The notes under the pieces were generated by a model. It worked only from the letters and a program-made list of their open reading frames with translations. It was not told the origin of the DNA and made no database searches. A stretch of DNA of 64,000 bases, from NCBI GenBank assembly GCA_951406725.2, contig OX597817.1, positions 88,474,001 to 88,538,000 on the forward strand, in the 5' to 3' direction. Every line of letters starts with the position of its first letter. The stretch's first letter is position 1. A program made the position numbers and the translations under genes. Shown here piece after piece: positions 36,685 to 48,169 of this stretch. The DNA comes from Octopus vulgaris. Lineage: Eukaryota.

Positions 36685-37514
36685 AGTAATTTTTATTAAC
36701 TTTTATAGCTTTAGAATTTTATGAACTGTACCACGGATTTAATTATTATTTTTCATCTCCATATGTGTTAGCCCTTTTTTTTTTATAAAAAAAACTATTA
36801 GCCAAATATGTATAATATCGGTACTTATTAATATTAATATATACACTGTTATATATTTTGTTTTATTTTGTTCTGTTTACCTTCCTTTTTGTACAAATGT
36901 GTATTATATTATATAAGTGTAGCATTATGATGTATAAGTTTTTATATTTTACATTTTTATATTTTTATATTTATATGTATATGATTATATAATATTTTTC
37001 ACTATTATAACAAATTTAATTTAATTCTCTGAAGAGGCCGTGGGGCATCCTTGTTAATGCCTCATTTATACCTGCCTTTATGGCTTATAGGTTAAATGAG
37101 GTATGACTGTCCTCACTGCCGAAACAGCTGTCAGTTTTGATTTATTTGCATATTATATTTGAAATTTTTTACTTATATCTCTTTATCTTTTTACTTTTAC
37201 TATTACTGTATATCTCATTTCATTTTATATATTGCCTTTACTCATATGTAATGGTGTATTAAAGTATGGATTGAGTATCATCGGATAGTTGATGTTTTAC
37301 TGATTTAAGTATGTTTCTCCATTCTCTAATTTTGTAGTATTAATTTACGGTAATATTATTACCTTTACCCATTTAATACAATAGATGAACTGATTGCTTG
37401 ACAATTTTTAACATCTATGTATTAATTTTGTTGGGTACCTATCTAGCAGTATATTGGATATATATTATCCCATGGTGGGTTGAATTTTCAACCCCTATCT
37501 CATTTTATAACCTA
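36211..37514 (+). repeat. 3' pseudo-LTR of the PLE
   Basis: Direct repeat of 30631-31939, followed by (TA)n. Confidence 0.95.
37029..37132 (+). ncRNA. PLE hammerhead ribozyme, second sense copy
   Basis: Identical to 31454-31557, offset 5575 nt. Confidence 0.78.
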
Positions 37515-38591
37515 TAATATATATATATATATATATATATAAAGGGAAAGTTTACGAAAATAAACAAAAGATGAAGACAGGTTGTGTACAAAACAAACAA
37601 ATGTATTAGTATAGCACTCAGGAATAGAAAAACTCTTTTACGTTTCAAACCTACGCTCTTCTAGAGAAAGGTACACAGAAAAAACAAGGAGAGAAAAAAA
37701 TGTGTGTAGTGGCTAATGATCTATCATGGTGTCTATATATATATATATAGCGGCATATGTACACTTTGTTCTCTTATATGTAAGTACACATTTTACAAAA
37801 TCTTGTATAATTCTATTGCTATCAACCTTTTCATGCTTATTCGTTCATTCCACTTTTCGTTCTTTCATTCCCCCTCTCTCACATTGCTTTGCCTTCTCTT
37901 CTTACTCACTTTCCCTCCACTTTTCACTTCACTGTGTCCCTGTCATTTTTTCTTGACCCTCCTTAATTCTTCTGTCCCTCTGTTTCTACTTCTCTCTCTT
38001 TTCTTCCCCCTCCTTAATTCTTCTGTCCCTCTGCTTCTACTTCTCTCTCTTCTCTTCTCCTGTGACCAATCAGCCAGACTGCTCGCTCTTTCTTTCTGGG
38101 TCTGACCATTGTACATGCAATCGATATTCTTCCTTGTGTTTGTGAAATTTTTGTATCTCTGCCGTAGGGTTTCATTTCCACATGCACCAGCTTAATTCAA
38201 TTCGTCCTTAGTCGAAAGACACCTGTTGTTATGTGCTGTTATTATTTTTATTGTATTTTTATTAGTGTAACAGTGTCCGTTTTTTCCGTCCTTGTTTTTG
38301 TATACATTTGATGCTTTCTTCCAAGGAATCTAATGCTCTTAGCTTAGTTTTTCCTTGGGGCCGGCCAGATTGGAGCAATCTCAAGAATAATCAACTGAAA
38401 TTGCAAGAATAATCTGGTTCTTGACTGAAGATAGAAAACTTCAAATGACCTGTCCTTGTTTTCTTTGTATCATCTATCTGAATGTTTTGTTGTCCCTTTT
38501 TGTATCACCTAGTTGTCTGGATGTTTTGCATTCTTGTCCCATTTTGTATTTTATATATGTGTATGTATGTATGTATGTATATATATATATA

Positions 38592-39051
38592 TATACCACC
38601 AACGTGCTTTGCTTTCCTTTTTCTTTCTCTATGCTACCCCAAAAAACATTGCCATTTCCCGCCCGTTTCTCTAAAGTACCTTCAATCCTTTAATTCGATC
38701 TTCACCATTCGCGGTGCCTTCAAACCCAAAATCGCCATTATTAGCCCCAACCAAACTTCCTTCTTCCCCGAACTCAGACTTCTGGTCAATCTATTTATAT
38801 GCACCTTCTCTCCCCACTCCTATCATTTCTTCTCCGATTCACAGAGATGTCTATAAGCAAGCTAAGATTTCTCCCTTCTTTTTCATACATACATACATTT
38901 GCCTACCGTTTAAATGTTTTGAACTTATACCACCAACGTGCTTTGCTTTCCTTTTTCTTTCTCTATGCTACCCCAAAAAACATCGCCATTTCCCGCCCGT
39001 TTCTCTAAAGTACCTTCAATCCTTTAATTCGATCTTCACCATTCGCGGTGC
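38592..39051. repeat. TA-anchored partial tandem: 126-bp direct repeats, period 334
   Basis: 38592-38717 matches 38926-39051 (one mismatch seen). Confidence 0.85.
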
Positions 39052-39444
39052 GCCCGCCCTTTTCCACCCCCACCCCCACCACCAATACCTGTGAACACTG
39101 TTCTCACTGTTCACACCATCTACACCGGATATGCCCTCCCCCACCACCATTATGTGTGTCTCTCCCTCCTACCCCTTCTCCTCACATGCTTTCACTGTGT
39201 ATTACCCCCCACCACCACCAAGACAAGCAGCTAGCGCCGCAGCTCATCAACTGCCCCACCTATCCTACGTTTCCTCCTGTTATTGAATCTGTCACTGCCT
39301 CAACCGGCTATCTCCTTCCAGTCCCCTCCTCCACTCGTGATGTCCTACGTTTTATTTCCTACGAACCTGCATCAACCCTAGCTGTCATCGTTCCTCCTTA
39401 CCCCAACCCTCCCCACTGGTGCTTCCCTATATTACCTGCACCCC

Positions 39445-39750
39445 CAAAAAGCACCATCCGAACGTGGCCGATGCCAGCGCCGCCTTGGTTGGCTTCCGTG
39501 CCGCTGGCACGTTAAAAGCTCGAACCGATCGTGACCGATGCCAGACCCACCTGGCACCTGTGCAGGTGGCACGTAAAAAGCACCCACTACACTCGCGGAG
39601 TGGTTGGCGTTAGGAAGGGCATCCAGCTGTAGAAACTCTGCCAGATCAGACTGGAGCCTGGTGCAGCCTCCTGGCTTCCCAGACCCCGGTCAAACCGTCC
39701 AACCCGTGCTAGCGCGGAAAACGGACGTTAAACGATGATGATGATGATGA

Positions 39751-39753
<3 letters not shown>
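39445..39753 (+). mobile_element. R1 3'-end fragment, young (CpG intact), (GAT)n tail
   Basis: aaaaagcacccactacactcgcggagtggttggcgttaggaagggcatccagc. Confidence 0.8.
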
Positions 39754-39799
<46 letters not shown>

Positions 39800-40173
39800 A
39801 AGGGGTTTGTATGATTGTGTATAGAGGGATATATATTATTCAAAGGAATTCCAACTCTGTCTGTTTTTTATGTTTTATTTATATTCTTTATAATATTAAT
39901 GTAGAATATAGAATATATAGTATAAATAGTATATATAGTAAAATGAAATGAAGTATTGATTGTCTTATTGAATAGATGAAATATTGAATATCAAATATTA
40001 AGGGACTAGTATACTTTCTTGCATTAAAGCAGTCTTCAAGGTCCCAGGCTGTGACAGGAGTGTTTCAACTGAAAATCGCAGTAGAGTCCATACAAATGGA
40101 CAGCCATGTTGAAGTGGCTACAAATATTACTTTACATACATGCATGCATGCATGCATGCATCCATACATACAT

Positions 40174-40211
<38 letters not shown>

Positions 40212-40241
40212 GGATATTATAGTTTCTCATTTATTTTACAG

Positions 40242-40381
40242 ATCTCCTACCAACTGAAGTGTTTCTCCATCTCACTACACATATTTGACAATGTGTGCTC
40301 TCACTTTGTAAAGCATTTTGATTCTCCTTCAACAGCAGAAAATAGTTCAACAGTTAAGAAATATTTTCGAAAATTTCCCAG
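40242..40381 (+). CDS. CFAP54: CFAP54-like exon 10 (ISYQLKCFSISLHIFDNVCSHFVKHF...RKFP)
   Basis: ttttacag| acceptor, |gtaaat donor, phase 0/2; corresponds to CFAP54 'VAYQ...VWDYFV'. Confidence 0.85.
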
Positions 40382-41631
40382 GTAAATGAAAATGAACAGT
40401 GTTGTTATTGTTAAATATCTCAAGGGAATTAACTAAGCATCAACAGATTTGTTTCAGAAGCTGCCACTAATCTACTTGAAGGCAACTCACAGATTTAGCA
40501 AATGGATAAAGTCATGGCAAGATTTAAATGCAGAGTAGTCATCCAACTTTAAAATAGCTACCATGCTTTGAGTAAAAATTTTTCTTAAAAATCATTCATC
40601 ATCATCATCATCATCTTCATCCTTATTTAACACCCATCTTCCATGCTGCTATAGGTTGGATGGCTCAACAGATTCTGATTAGTCAGAGAATGGCATCGTG
40701 CTCCAATGTCTCTTTTGACATGGTTTCTCCTGCTGGATGCTCTTCCTAATTCCAACAACTTTACAGAGTGTATGTAACTGGGTATTTTTGCATGGTACCA
40801 ACATGAGTGAGGTCAGTTTCTTACTGTAGAAGAGATTCAAGATTACTCACATGACAGAAGTGTAGATAGGAATAATCAGGGTAGAGCTAGAAAGAAAGAC
40901 AAAGGTGATGGTGATGAGATGTGAAGGTGAGCCCTCAGGATACAAGGAGGTGAATAGGAATGGGGACTGAAGAAGAGGAAGGATGGGTAGAAGAGTAGAG
41001 GTTGCAAGAATGTATGGAAAGAGTGAGGGATAGTCAGAGATGGAGTAAGAATATGGTTGGAGTGAATATAATGAATAACGAACAAAGGTTGAGAGGAGGT
41101 CAGTATTAGATATGAGTCAATGGGATGGTAGGCAAGATGGTGACAAGTAGTACAGAAAGGGGTGAAGAGCAGTAAAATAGTAATAATAATATAGCAGACT
41201 GCGGAAGGATGAGAGAAGGTGAGATGTGGGGGAGTAGGCTGCAAGACAGTGTAAAGAGAGAGAGAGAGATATAATGTGTAGTGAGAGTAAGAGATGTATG
41301 GTGATAGAGAGGGATAGATAATTTGGTAGTACAGAGGATGATCAAGAGGAAATGTGAGTAGAGAAGGACAATGTAAAGAATAAAAGATGGAAGTGAAGTG
41401 GTTCCAGGTTGTGTGAAAGATAACTGATATCATAGAGAAAGATGGTGATGAATTAATTTAAATCATTTAATTACAACAACAGAATATTGCAGTTAGGTAA
41501 GTGATGGTGGGCTCAGTGACAGAGTGATGATTGGTGGTAGAGAAGGCTTGACGGGGAAACTGGATAAGGGACTCGGTTTAAATATACTCAATATGTCCAA
41601 CCTTTGCCAGCATAGAAAGTGGATGTTAAAT

Positions 41632-42375
41632 AATGATGATGATGATGATGATGAGGCATTCAGAACCTCAGCTTTGCTGTGATTGCTGGGTCTTTTCAAG
41701 TACTACATATCTCTAGTTGTCTAAGACTTTTCTCAGCTATTCCGCAAGGTTCCAAGTTTTGATATCAACCTTCACTACTTTGTTCCATGTCTTCCTGAGT
41801 TTCCCTTTTGCTTAAGCTCCATTCACATTATGTTAACAGTACTTCTCTGTCCTCATCTACATGCTTCACATGATCATACCAATACAGTCTTCTCCCTTGC
41901 ACACATCTGATTCTTCTTAAGCCCAATTTTTTCAACACATTTGTATTTTGTCATTCATCATAATGATGTTGCACATCCAAAGGAACATGCTTGCCACATT
42001 TCTTTCTCTTTTTTTTTCCACGTCCTCTGTATTCATGGCTCATGTTTCACAACCCTGTAGCATTACTGTTTGTGTGCAAGCATCATACACTCTATCTACC
42101 TTTTACCAACAGAGTTAAAAGCTCTCTGAACTTTCTCCAGCCTATTTTTATTGTAGCAACTATACTTTCAGAATGTCCTCCTCCACTGTTAATTAGGACA
42201 CCAAGGTAACAGAAGTCATCTTTTACCTCTTGAGCATTTGAAAAGTCTTATTTCCCATGTGCTCATAATGTTTATTGCTCCTGCTCATCTGCCACAAACT
42301 CTTATCTGATTCCACCACACTTCTAATGTGTCTATAGTTTGCATTGGGTACAGTGTATGGAATTTCTACCCACTC
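41632..42375 (-). mobile_element. Decayed R1-related LINE fragment
   Basis: Reverse complement of R1 PHD/thumb motifs (gcattgggtacagtgtatggaatttctacc; ccaaggtaacagaag). Confidence 0.65.
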
Positions 42376-42993
42376 CTTTTCTAAATACAAACAAGGCCAT
42401 TTTCTTGATAGAAGCAGAGTGTTATTGTTCTATGAAAAATGTCCTCTCAATAGAATTCTGTATTTGTAAAAGAACATCTTCCGTAACTGCTCTTCCTCTC
42501 TTTCTCATTTTATCTCACTGGTCTCTCCCTACATTTTCTTTGCCTCCTCCAATATCCCTTCTCATGTCACCAGCAATTACCCCCTCACACCTCTCTTTTC
42601 AAGAATTTTCCTCAGGATTCCCCTCCACCTTTGTTACTCCTCCCTGTCTCTTTTTTTTTCACACCTATCCACACTTACCCTTACAAAGTAGGATAAACAA
42701 CCCACCCTATCACCTTTGCAATCTATCCCCATTCTTTCTCAATAACCCTTGTCACTAATCTCTTTCCCCTGATCCCAGTCAATTTCCCCTTTTAATTAAT
42801 GACTGCTGTATTACTCTGTTCCTCTATTACACTCTGAATCCATTCTCCTCAATTATAAATCTTTTCTTTTCATCTTTCTCACTCTCCTTCACCCATCCCT
42901 ACTTATACCCATCCCTTGCTTTTCTCTCTTAGTTACTAGGTCCACTGTAGGCCCTTAATCTTGCAAGTTATGTGGTGATATTCACTTTTGTTG

Positions 42994-43049
<56 letters not shown>

Positions 43050-43545
43050 GTTCTTGCTCGATGGAGCTGGAGTCATCCTAGGCTAGCAGTCTCAGAGGTG
43101 TCATTGTGCATAGAGCTAACGAGGTCCACCAGTGCCCTCCATCACTGGTGGTTCTGTGCCAACCCCTCTGCATCCTCCAAGGTGATGTTGTTCCTCTGGA
43201 GATCTTCCTTAATCATGTCCAGCCATCTGGTATGGGGTCTGCCTTGGGGCCTCTTCCAGCCTGCAGCTGCTGTGTCAAACAAGAATAAGATCCTGGTAGG
43301 GCGATCTGGTGGGAGGTGGAGGGTATATCCGTGCCAGTGCATGTGGAAGACGGCTATAAGACAGGAAGCTGTGAGCTGATACATGCGCATATGCAGCTCT
43401 TTGTTTGAGACATGTTGGTACCATCTGATATTCTCGATGGTCCTCAGGGATCTGCTGTTAAGGTTGTCAATCCTTTTTGCCAGGGTCTTTGTGAGTGGCC
43501 ATGTTTCTGCTACAAAAAAATGCAGGATACACAACCCATACTATA
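42994..43545 (-). mobile_element. RTE-type LINE 3' fragment with (GA)n tail
   Basis: ORF 43142-43534: AETWPLTK..SLRTI..WYQHVSN..WHG..RPQGRPHTRWLD. Confidence 0.8.
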
Positions 43546-43791
43546 ACCTGTACACTTTGTAAAGAGGCTGGGCTTAGGAAGGACTGTTAGCCTTTGGTGC
43601 ATACATCAGATCCCTGTTGACATGTCCAACCCATGCCAGCATGGAAGCTTATTAAATGACGGTGAAGACTAAGTGTTGCATCTGAAATTTTTTTAAACTT
43701 AATTCTTCAAAGAATACCTTAAAACTTTAAAAAAATGATTGCATAGTTTGTTATCTTTCTAAATATAAGTTGACCATTAATTCTATTACAG

Positions 43792-43939
43792 AATAAATAA
43801 GACTGTACGGCTTACAGCCTCTCCAATATTTATGATACAACTTTACACATGTGTTATGACATCTTCTAACATAAACATTCGTACAGGAAAGTTGTTCTGT
43901 GATAAACTTTGTGCTGATGGTCCATTTCAAATAAGACAG
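43792..43939 (+). CDS. CFAP54: CFAP54-like exon 11 (INKTVRLTASPIFMIQLY...GKLFCDKLCADGPFQIRQ)
   Basis: tattacag| acceptor, |gtgagt donor, phase 2/0; LFCD motif. Confidence 0.88.
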
Positions 43940-43989
43940 GTGAGTGACTGGTTTATTTATATATTCGTATAATATGTTTTGCTTGAGAA

Positions 43990-44330
43990 AACATATCTAG
44001 CTAAGTGAAATCATAGTCATGGCCAATGCTGGTGACATGTGAAAGGCACTCATGCAGAGACACGAGTGACACCTGTGCTGGTGACACATAAAAGGCACCT
44101 GTTCTAGTGACATGCAGAAAACACTTTTGCCAGTGACAAGTAAAAGACAACCAGTACACTCTATGGAGTGGTTGGCATTAGGAAGGGCATCCACTGTAAA
44201 AACCAAGCCAAAACAGACTGGAGCCTGATGCAGCTCACTGGCTTACCAGTTCTAGTCAAACTGTCTTATCCATACCAGCATGGAAAACAGATGTTAAATG
44301 ATGGATGATGATAATGATGATGATGAGGAT
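43990..44330 (+). mobile_element. R1 3'-end fragment
   Basis: ggagtggttggcattaggaagggcatcc ... gatgttaaatgatg tail. Confidence 0.7.
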
Positions 44331-44364
44331 GAACTGAATTACACTTCACTTGTTTGGTGATTTA

Positions 44365-45232
44365 CATGGTCTGATCAATAAGTATCCGGATTGTTGCAAT
44401 AGTAACGAAGCTAAAGCATGGAGAATGAAGCTGCTTGATTGACCTTGACCTTGAACTCTGCTGTGCATGTGCACTAAGTTTTAATAGTCTAGCTTACTTT
44501 CGCTGTTTACAGTAGTGCTTGGAAGGAAGGTGTGTAGCGTGTGCTCATCGCGTTGATCATGACAGAGAAAGTTGAGCAGAGAATCTGCAACAAATTTTGC
44601 CAAAAGCTTGGTGATACCTGCTCAGAGGCCTATGCAAAGTTTTCAAAAAGTTTTCATTGTTTTTCATACAATTAAGGAGATCTGCAACTGAAACTCAAGT
44701 ATCTTTTTAGTTAGCTGAAAGCAGTTTTGGCACAAACTTCGAAGACACATGTCTCATACCCCTATCTTCAGTGATAGTGGACTGAACTGAACCATAACTA
44801 ATCTGCACATCTCTGATAAGTCATGGATGGTGACTCAATGATTTCCCCTCACAGCTGCACACACATCGTGATGTTTTTCTCAGTTCTCCTGGTTGCAGGT
44901 CTCCCAGAGTGTTCATCAATATCGACATTTTTTGGCCATCTTAGAAACATCTGAACCACTAGTACACTTGTGTGCGATTCATACGCCCCTCTCCTTACAC
45001 TTTCTGCAACTTTGCATAGGCCTCTGAGTAAATATTGCCATGACAACTTTCTCTGCCATGGTCACACCTTCCTTCCAAGCACTGCTGTAAACAGCAGAAG
45101 TGATCTAGGACGTTAAAACTTCATGTGCATGCACAGCAGAGTTCAAGATCAATCTGTGCCAAGCAGCTTTGCTTTGCATGCTTTAGCCTCGTTACTATGG
45201 CAACAGTCCAGATACTTATTGATCAAGCATCA
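44365..45232. mobile_element. Mariner-derived non-autonomous element with ~200-bp inverted ends
   Basis: 44365-44575 is the approximate reverse complement of 45045-45232; TA at the ends; MTEKVEQRIC.KFCQKLG and HSGRPAT transposase remnants. Confidence 0.8.
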
Positions 45233-46453
45233 TATGTTTGCTACAACAAATAGTTTCTTTTATTTGTGAGCATTATCATCAACTTCTAATTTAAACTAAT
45301 GTTATTTATGAACCGGTGACAGTGTGCAGCTTAGTGGTTAGGGTATTTGGCTCATGATCATAAGGTTGTGAGTTTGATTTCTGGTGGCACATTGTGTCTT
45401 CGATCAGGACGCTCTATTTCATGTTGCTCCAATCGATCCAGCTGGCAAAAATAAGTAGTACCTGTCTTTTAAAGGGCCTTGTCACATCACATTCTGTACC
45501 CTGCTAAAGCTCATTGTGAACTACTTTAAGGGTACATGTGTCTGTCGAATGTTCAACTACTTGCAAATTAATTTCATGAGCTGGCTGTTCCATTGATCAG
45601 ATCAACTGGAACATTTGTCATTGTAACCAACAGTGTACCAGTATTTTTTTTTTATTTACGAACCATACATTAATTCAGGCCACCCATTAGTTCTCAGTTA
45701 TTTTGACAAGCTACAACAGAATTGTTCTCTTTCTTTTCTTATCTGTGGTGATGGATTAGGAAATTTCTCAGTCTTTGTATTGCACAGAGCTGTCTTAACA
45801 AAGCAAAGGCATTTTAAATAAAGTGGTTCTAGAATATCCTATGATCATCATTGGAAAGTATTTAATCATAAATCTATGTGATCAGTGCTGACTTAGGGCA
45901 AAACAACAACTAGTTGTCATATGTGAAAATAAAATTTGTGAACACATTTCTATCAAAGAATACCTATTAGGACACTGAAATACTGCAAAAGCTTATTCAA
46001 AGTTATTTTCGTAGACAACTGACAGCTACTATAACAAAAGGATCTATTTTTACCAAAACCTATCACAAGGTGTCCTGCATTTCCATTCTTCTGTAAAAAT
46101 ATATCTCAGTGAAATATTACCTTACTTGGAAACAAGTGAGGGTTGGAACAGGAAAAGAATCTAGCTGTAGGAAATCTCCCTCAACAAATTTTTTTTCTGA
46201 TTCAATATGATGCTGATGATACACACTCACAAAATATTGGTCAACTTGAGATTTGGCTGGAAAGCAATTTTCCAATGTACCTTTCAATGGGATTGAACCC
46301 ACAATCTGTGATTGTGAAGTGAAATCAACCACGTGACAGTACAAGGGTTTCATGTAATGGCTAATTTTAGCACAGGAACCTAACAACTTAGATAGTGATA
46401 TCCATTCAGTTATATAAATATTTTTATTGTTTTTTTTATTTTGTCTTTTTCAG

Positions 46454-46609
46454 AAAAAGCGCTTAGTTGAATGCAAAAAGATGTTGCTTGCAGTTGACAT
46501 AGCAGCTTTTTTGAATGATGTCAATCTATGTGTTCAAGCTCTTGTTCAAATATATGGCTTGTTAGTACCATTCCTGTATCATTCGTGGATTTTCCCGCCA
46601 GTCATTCAG
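46454..46609 (+). CDS. CFAP54: CFAP54-like exon 12 (KKRLVECKKMLLAVDIAAFLNDVNLCVQALVQIYGLLVPFLYHSWIFPPVIQ)
   Basis: tttttcag| acceptor, |gtaaag donor; matches CFAP54 'RLIECERVLVALELSNFLND..ALQAV.QCYGLLAP'. Confidence 0.95.
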
Positions 46610-46737
46610 GTAAAGTGTATTTTATTACATTTTTTTAATTTTAAAATTCATTTATATACAGGAAAATTTTATGATTTAACACCTACAAAAGTCCACTGTA
46701 AACTTTATACTTATTCTTTGACAATTTTAGCAATATA

Positions 46738-46954
46738 TGAGGGGGTACTGAAAAGTTCCTGGCTTTAAGGGTATTGCAAAAGGTCTGGTTGACAGCCCAA
46801 TCTTCCGAGTTCTTTTACAGGGCTTAGAAAAACTGGAGGACCACTGCAATAAGTGTTTGAATCTGAGAGGGGAATATGTTGAATAAAATCATAATTAACT
46901 AATCCTCCTGTATTCTCTTTTACCCAAAGCCAGGAACTTTACAGCACCCATTTG
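46738..46954. mobile_element. Mariner-type MITE
   Basis: TA|tgagggggtactgaaaagttcctggcttt ... aaagccaggaactttacagcacccatttg|TA. Confidence 0.8.
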
Positions 46955-47144
46955 TAAGTTTCGTGAAGTTAAAACCTCTCAGGTAGTTGTTCACCATTAA
47001 ATTTGAACAGTCATCAAAGACCGGAATGTTGATTGATAATGACAACAACATTTACAAAAATAATATCTGTTTGTTATGACTTATCATAAGTTATGTTGAC
47101 TTAACATGATTCATGCTAACATTGTAGAACTATTAATAGTAGGG

Positions 47145-47555
47145 TGAGATCAGAATCGAAATCGATCAATGGAAATCGATCAATGGAAATTGCAGATGTG
47201 TTACCAGTGCCGGTGGCATGTAAGAGAACTTTCCGTTTCGCGACCGTTGCCAGCACCGCCCCGTTTCGTGTCTGTTGCCAGCCTCGCCTGGCCCTCGTGC
47301 CGGTGGCACATAAAAAGCACCATCCGTTCGTGGCCGTTTGCCAGCTCTGTCTGGCACCAGTGCGGGTGGCACGTAAAAAGCACCCACTACACTCACGGAG
47401 TGGTTGGCGTTAGGAAGGGCATCCAGCCGTAGAAACACTGCCAGATTTGACTGGGCCTGATGAAGCCTTCTGGCTTCACAGACCCCAGTAGAACCGTCCA
47501 ACCCATGCTAGCATGGAAAATGGATGCTAAATGATGATGATGATGATGATGATGC
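47145..47555 (+). mobile_element. R1 3'-end fragment, young
   Basis: Tandem gtgccggtggcac units, same terminal core, (GAT)n tail. Confidence 0.8.
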
Positions 47556-47598
47556 TCAGCAAAACTCTCCAACTGTTGACCATTCAAGGACTCTTTAA

Positions 47599-47820
47599 CC
47601 CTTTTGATATCAACCTGCCTAAAACTGCCTCTGGCTCTGTAGTACAAATGACTTGTTTTCAAAAGTTCTGAATTAAAATCTTCCGCCAAACCTTAGTCAC
47701 AATTTATGCTCCTAACACTAGCTTAATGGTAACTAAATTATTTTACTAAATTCTTTGTTATATTTAAAATTAATTGAAAGAAACACAGAGCATCTCAATG
47801 GAAATATGATGACAAAAGGG
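47599..47820. mobile_element. piggyBac-like MITE (222 bp)
   Basis: TTAA|cccttttg ... caaaaggg|TTAA. Confidence 0.8.
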
Positions 47821-48169
47821 TTAATCCTGGATTGATTTTTTAGTATTTGGCACATATAACAAAAAGAAAAAGACAAAGGGGGTGAAGAAGAGAAAAGTTA
47901 AAAGAGAAAATGAAATGGATTTAATCTTTATATCTAAATTTTTCTTCTATGTGTTATATCTTTCAAATATGCATTCTGTCCATTAATATTATTTACCAGT
48001 GGATATTTTGATTATGTATCTTGAAGTTATCCCTTCACTCTTATAAATTATAAATTTTACCCTAATGGGAAAATTGTGATTTTATTGACTTACAAACAAT
48101 TCCATTAATTTCTACAACCAATTGGAAGCCAAGTAGTTACAGCATATGACCCTGAATTTAAATCATGCT

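Larger units (their letters stand above)
27704..37514 (+). mobile_element. Penelope-like retroelement (Naiad-type): inverted arm + pLTR + RT/GIY-YIG ORF + 3'UTR + pLTR
   Basis: Near-identical direct repeats 30631-31939 and 36211-37514; 27704-30630 is the reverse complement of 34426-37340; flanked by (TA)n on both sides; PLE RT and GIY-YIG motifs. Confidence 0.95.

Noticed and set aside
30631-37514. LTR retrotransposon
   Set aside because: No TG..CA ends, PBS, gag, protease or integrase; RT and GIY-YIG are PLE type, so the repeats are pseudo-LTRs
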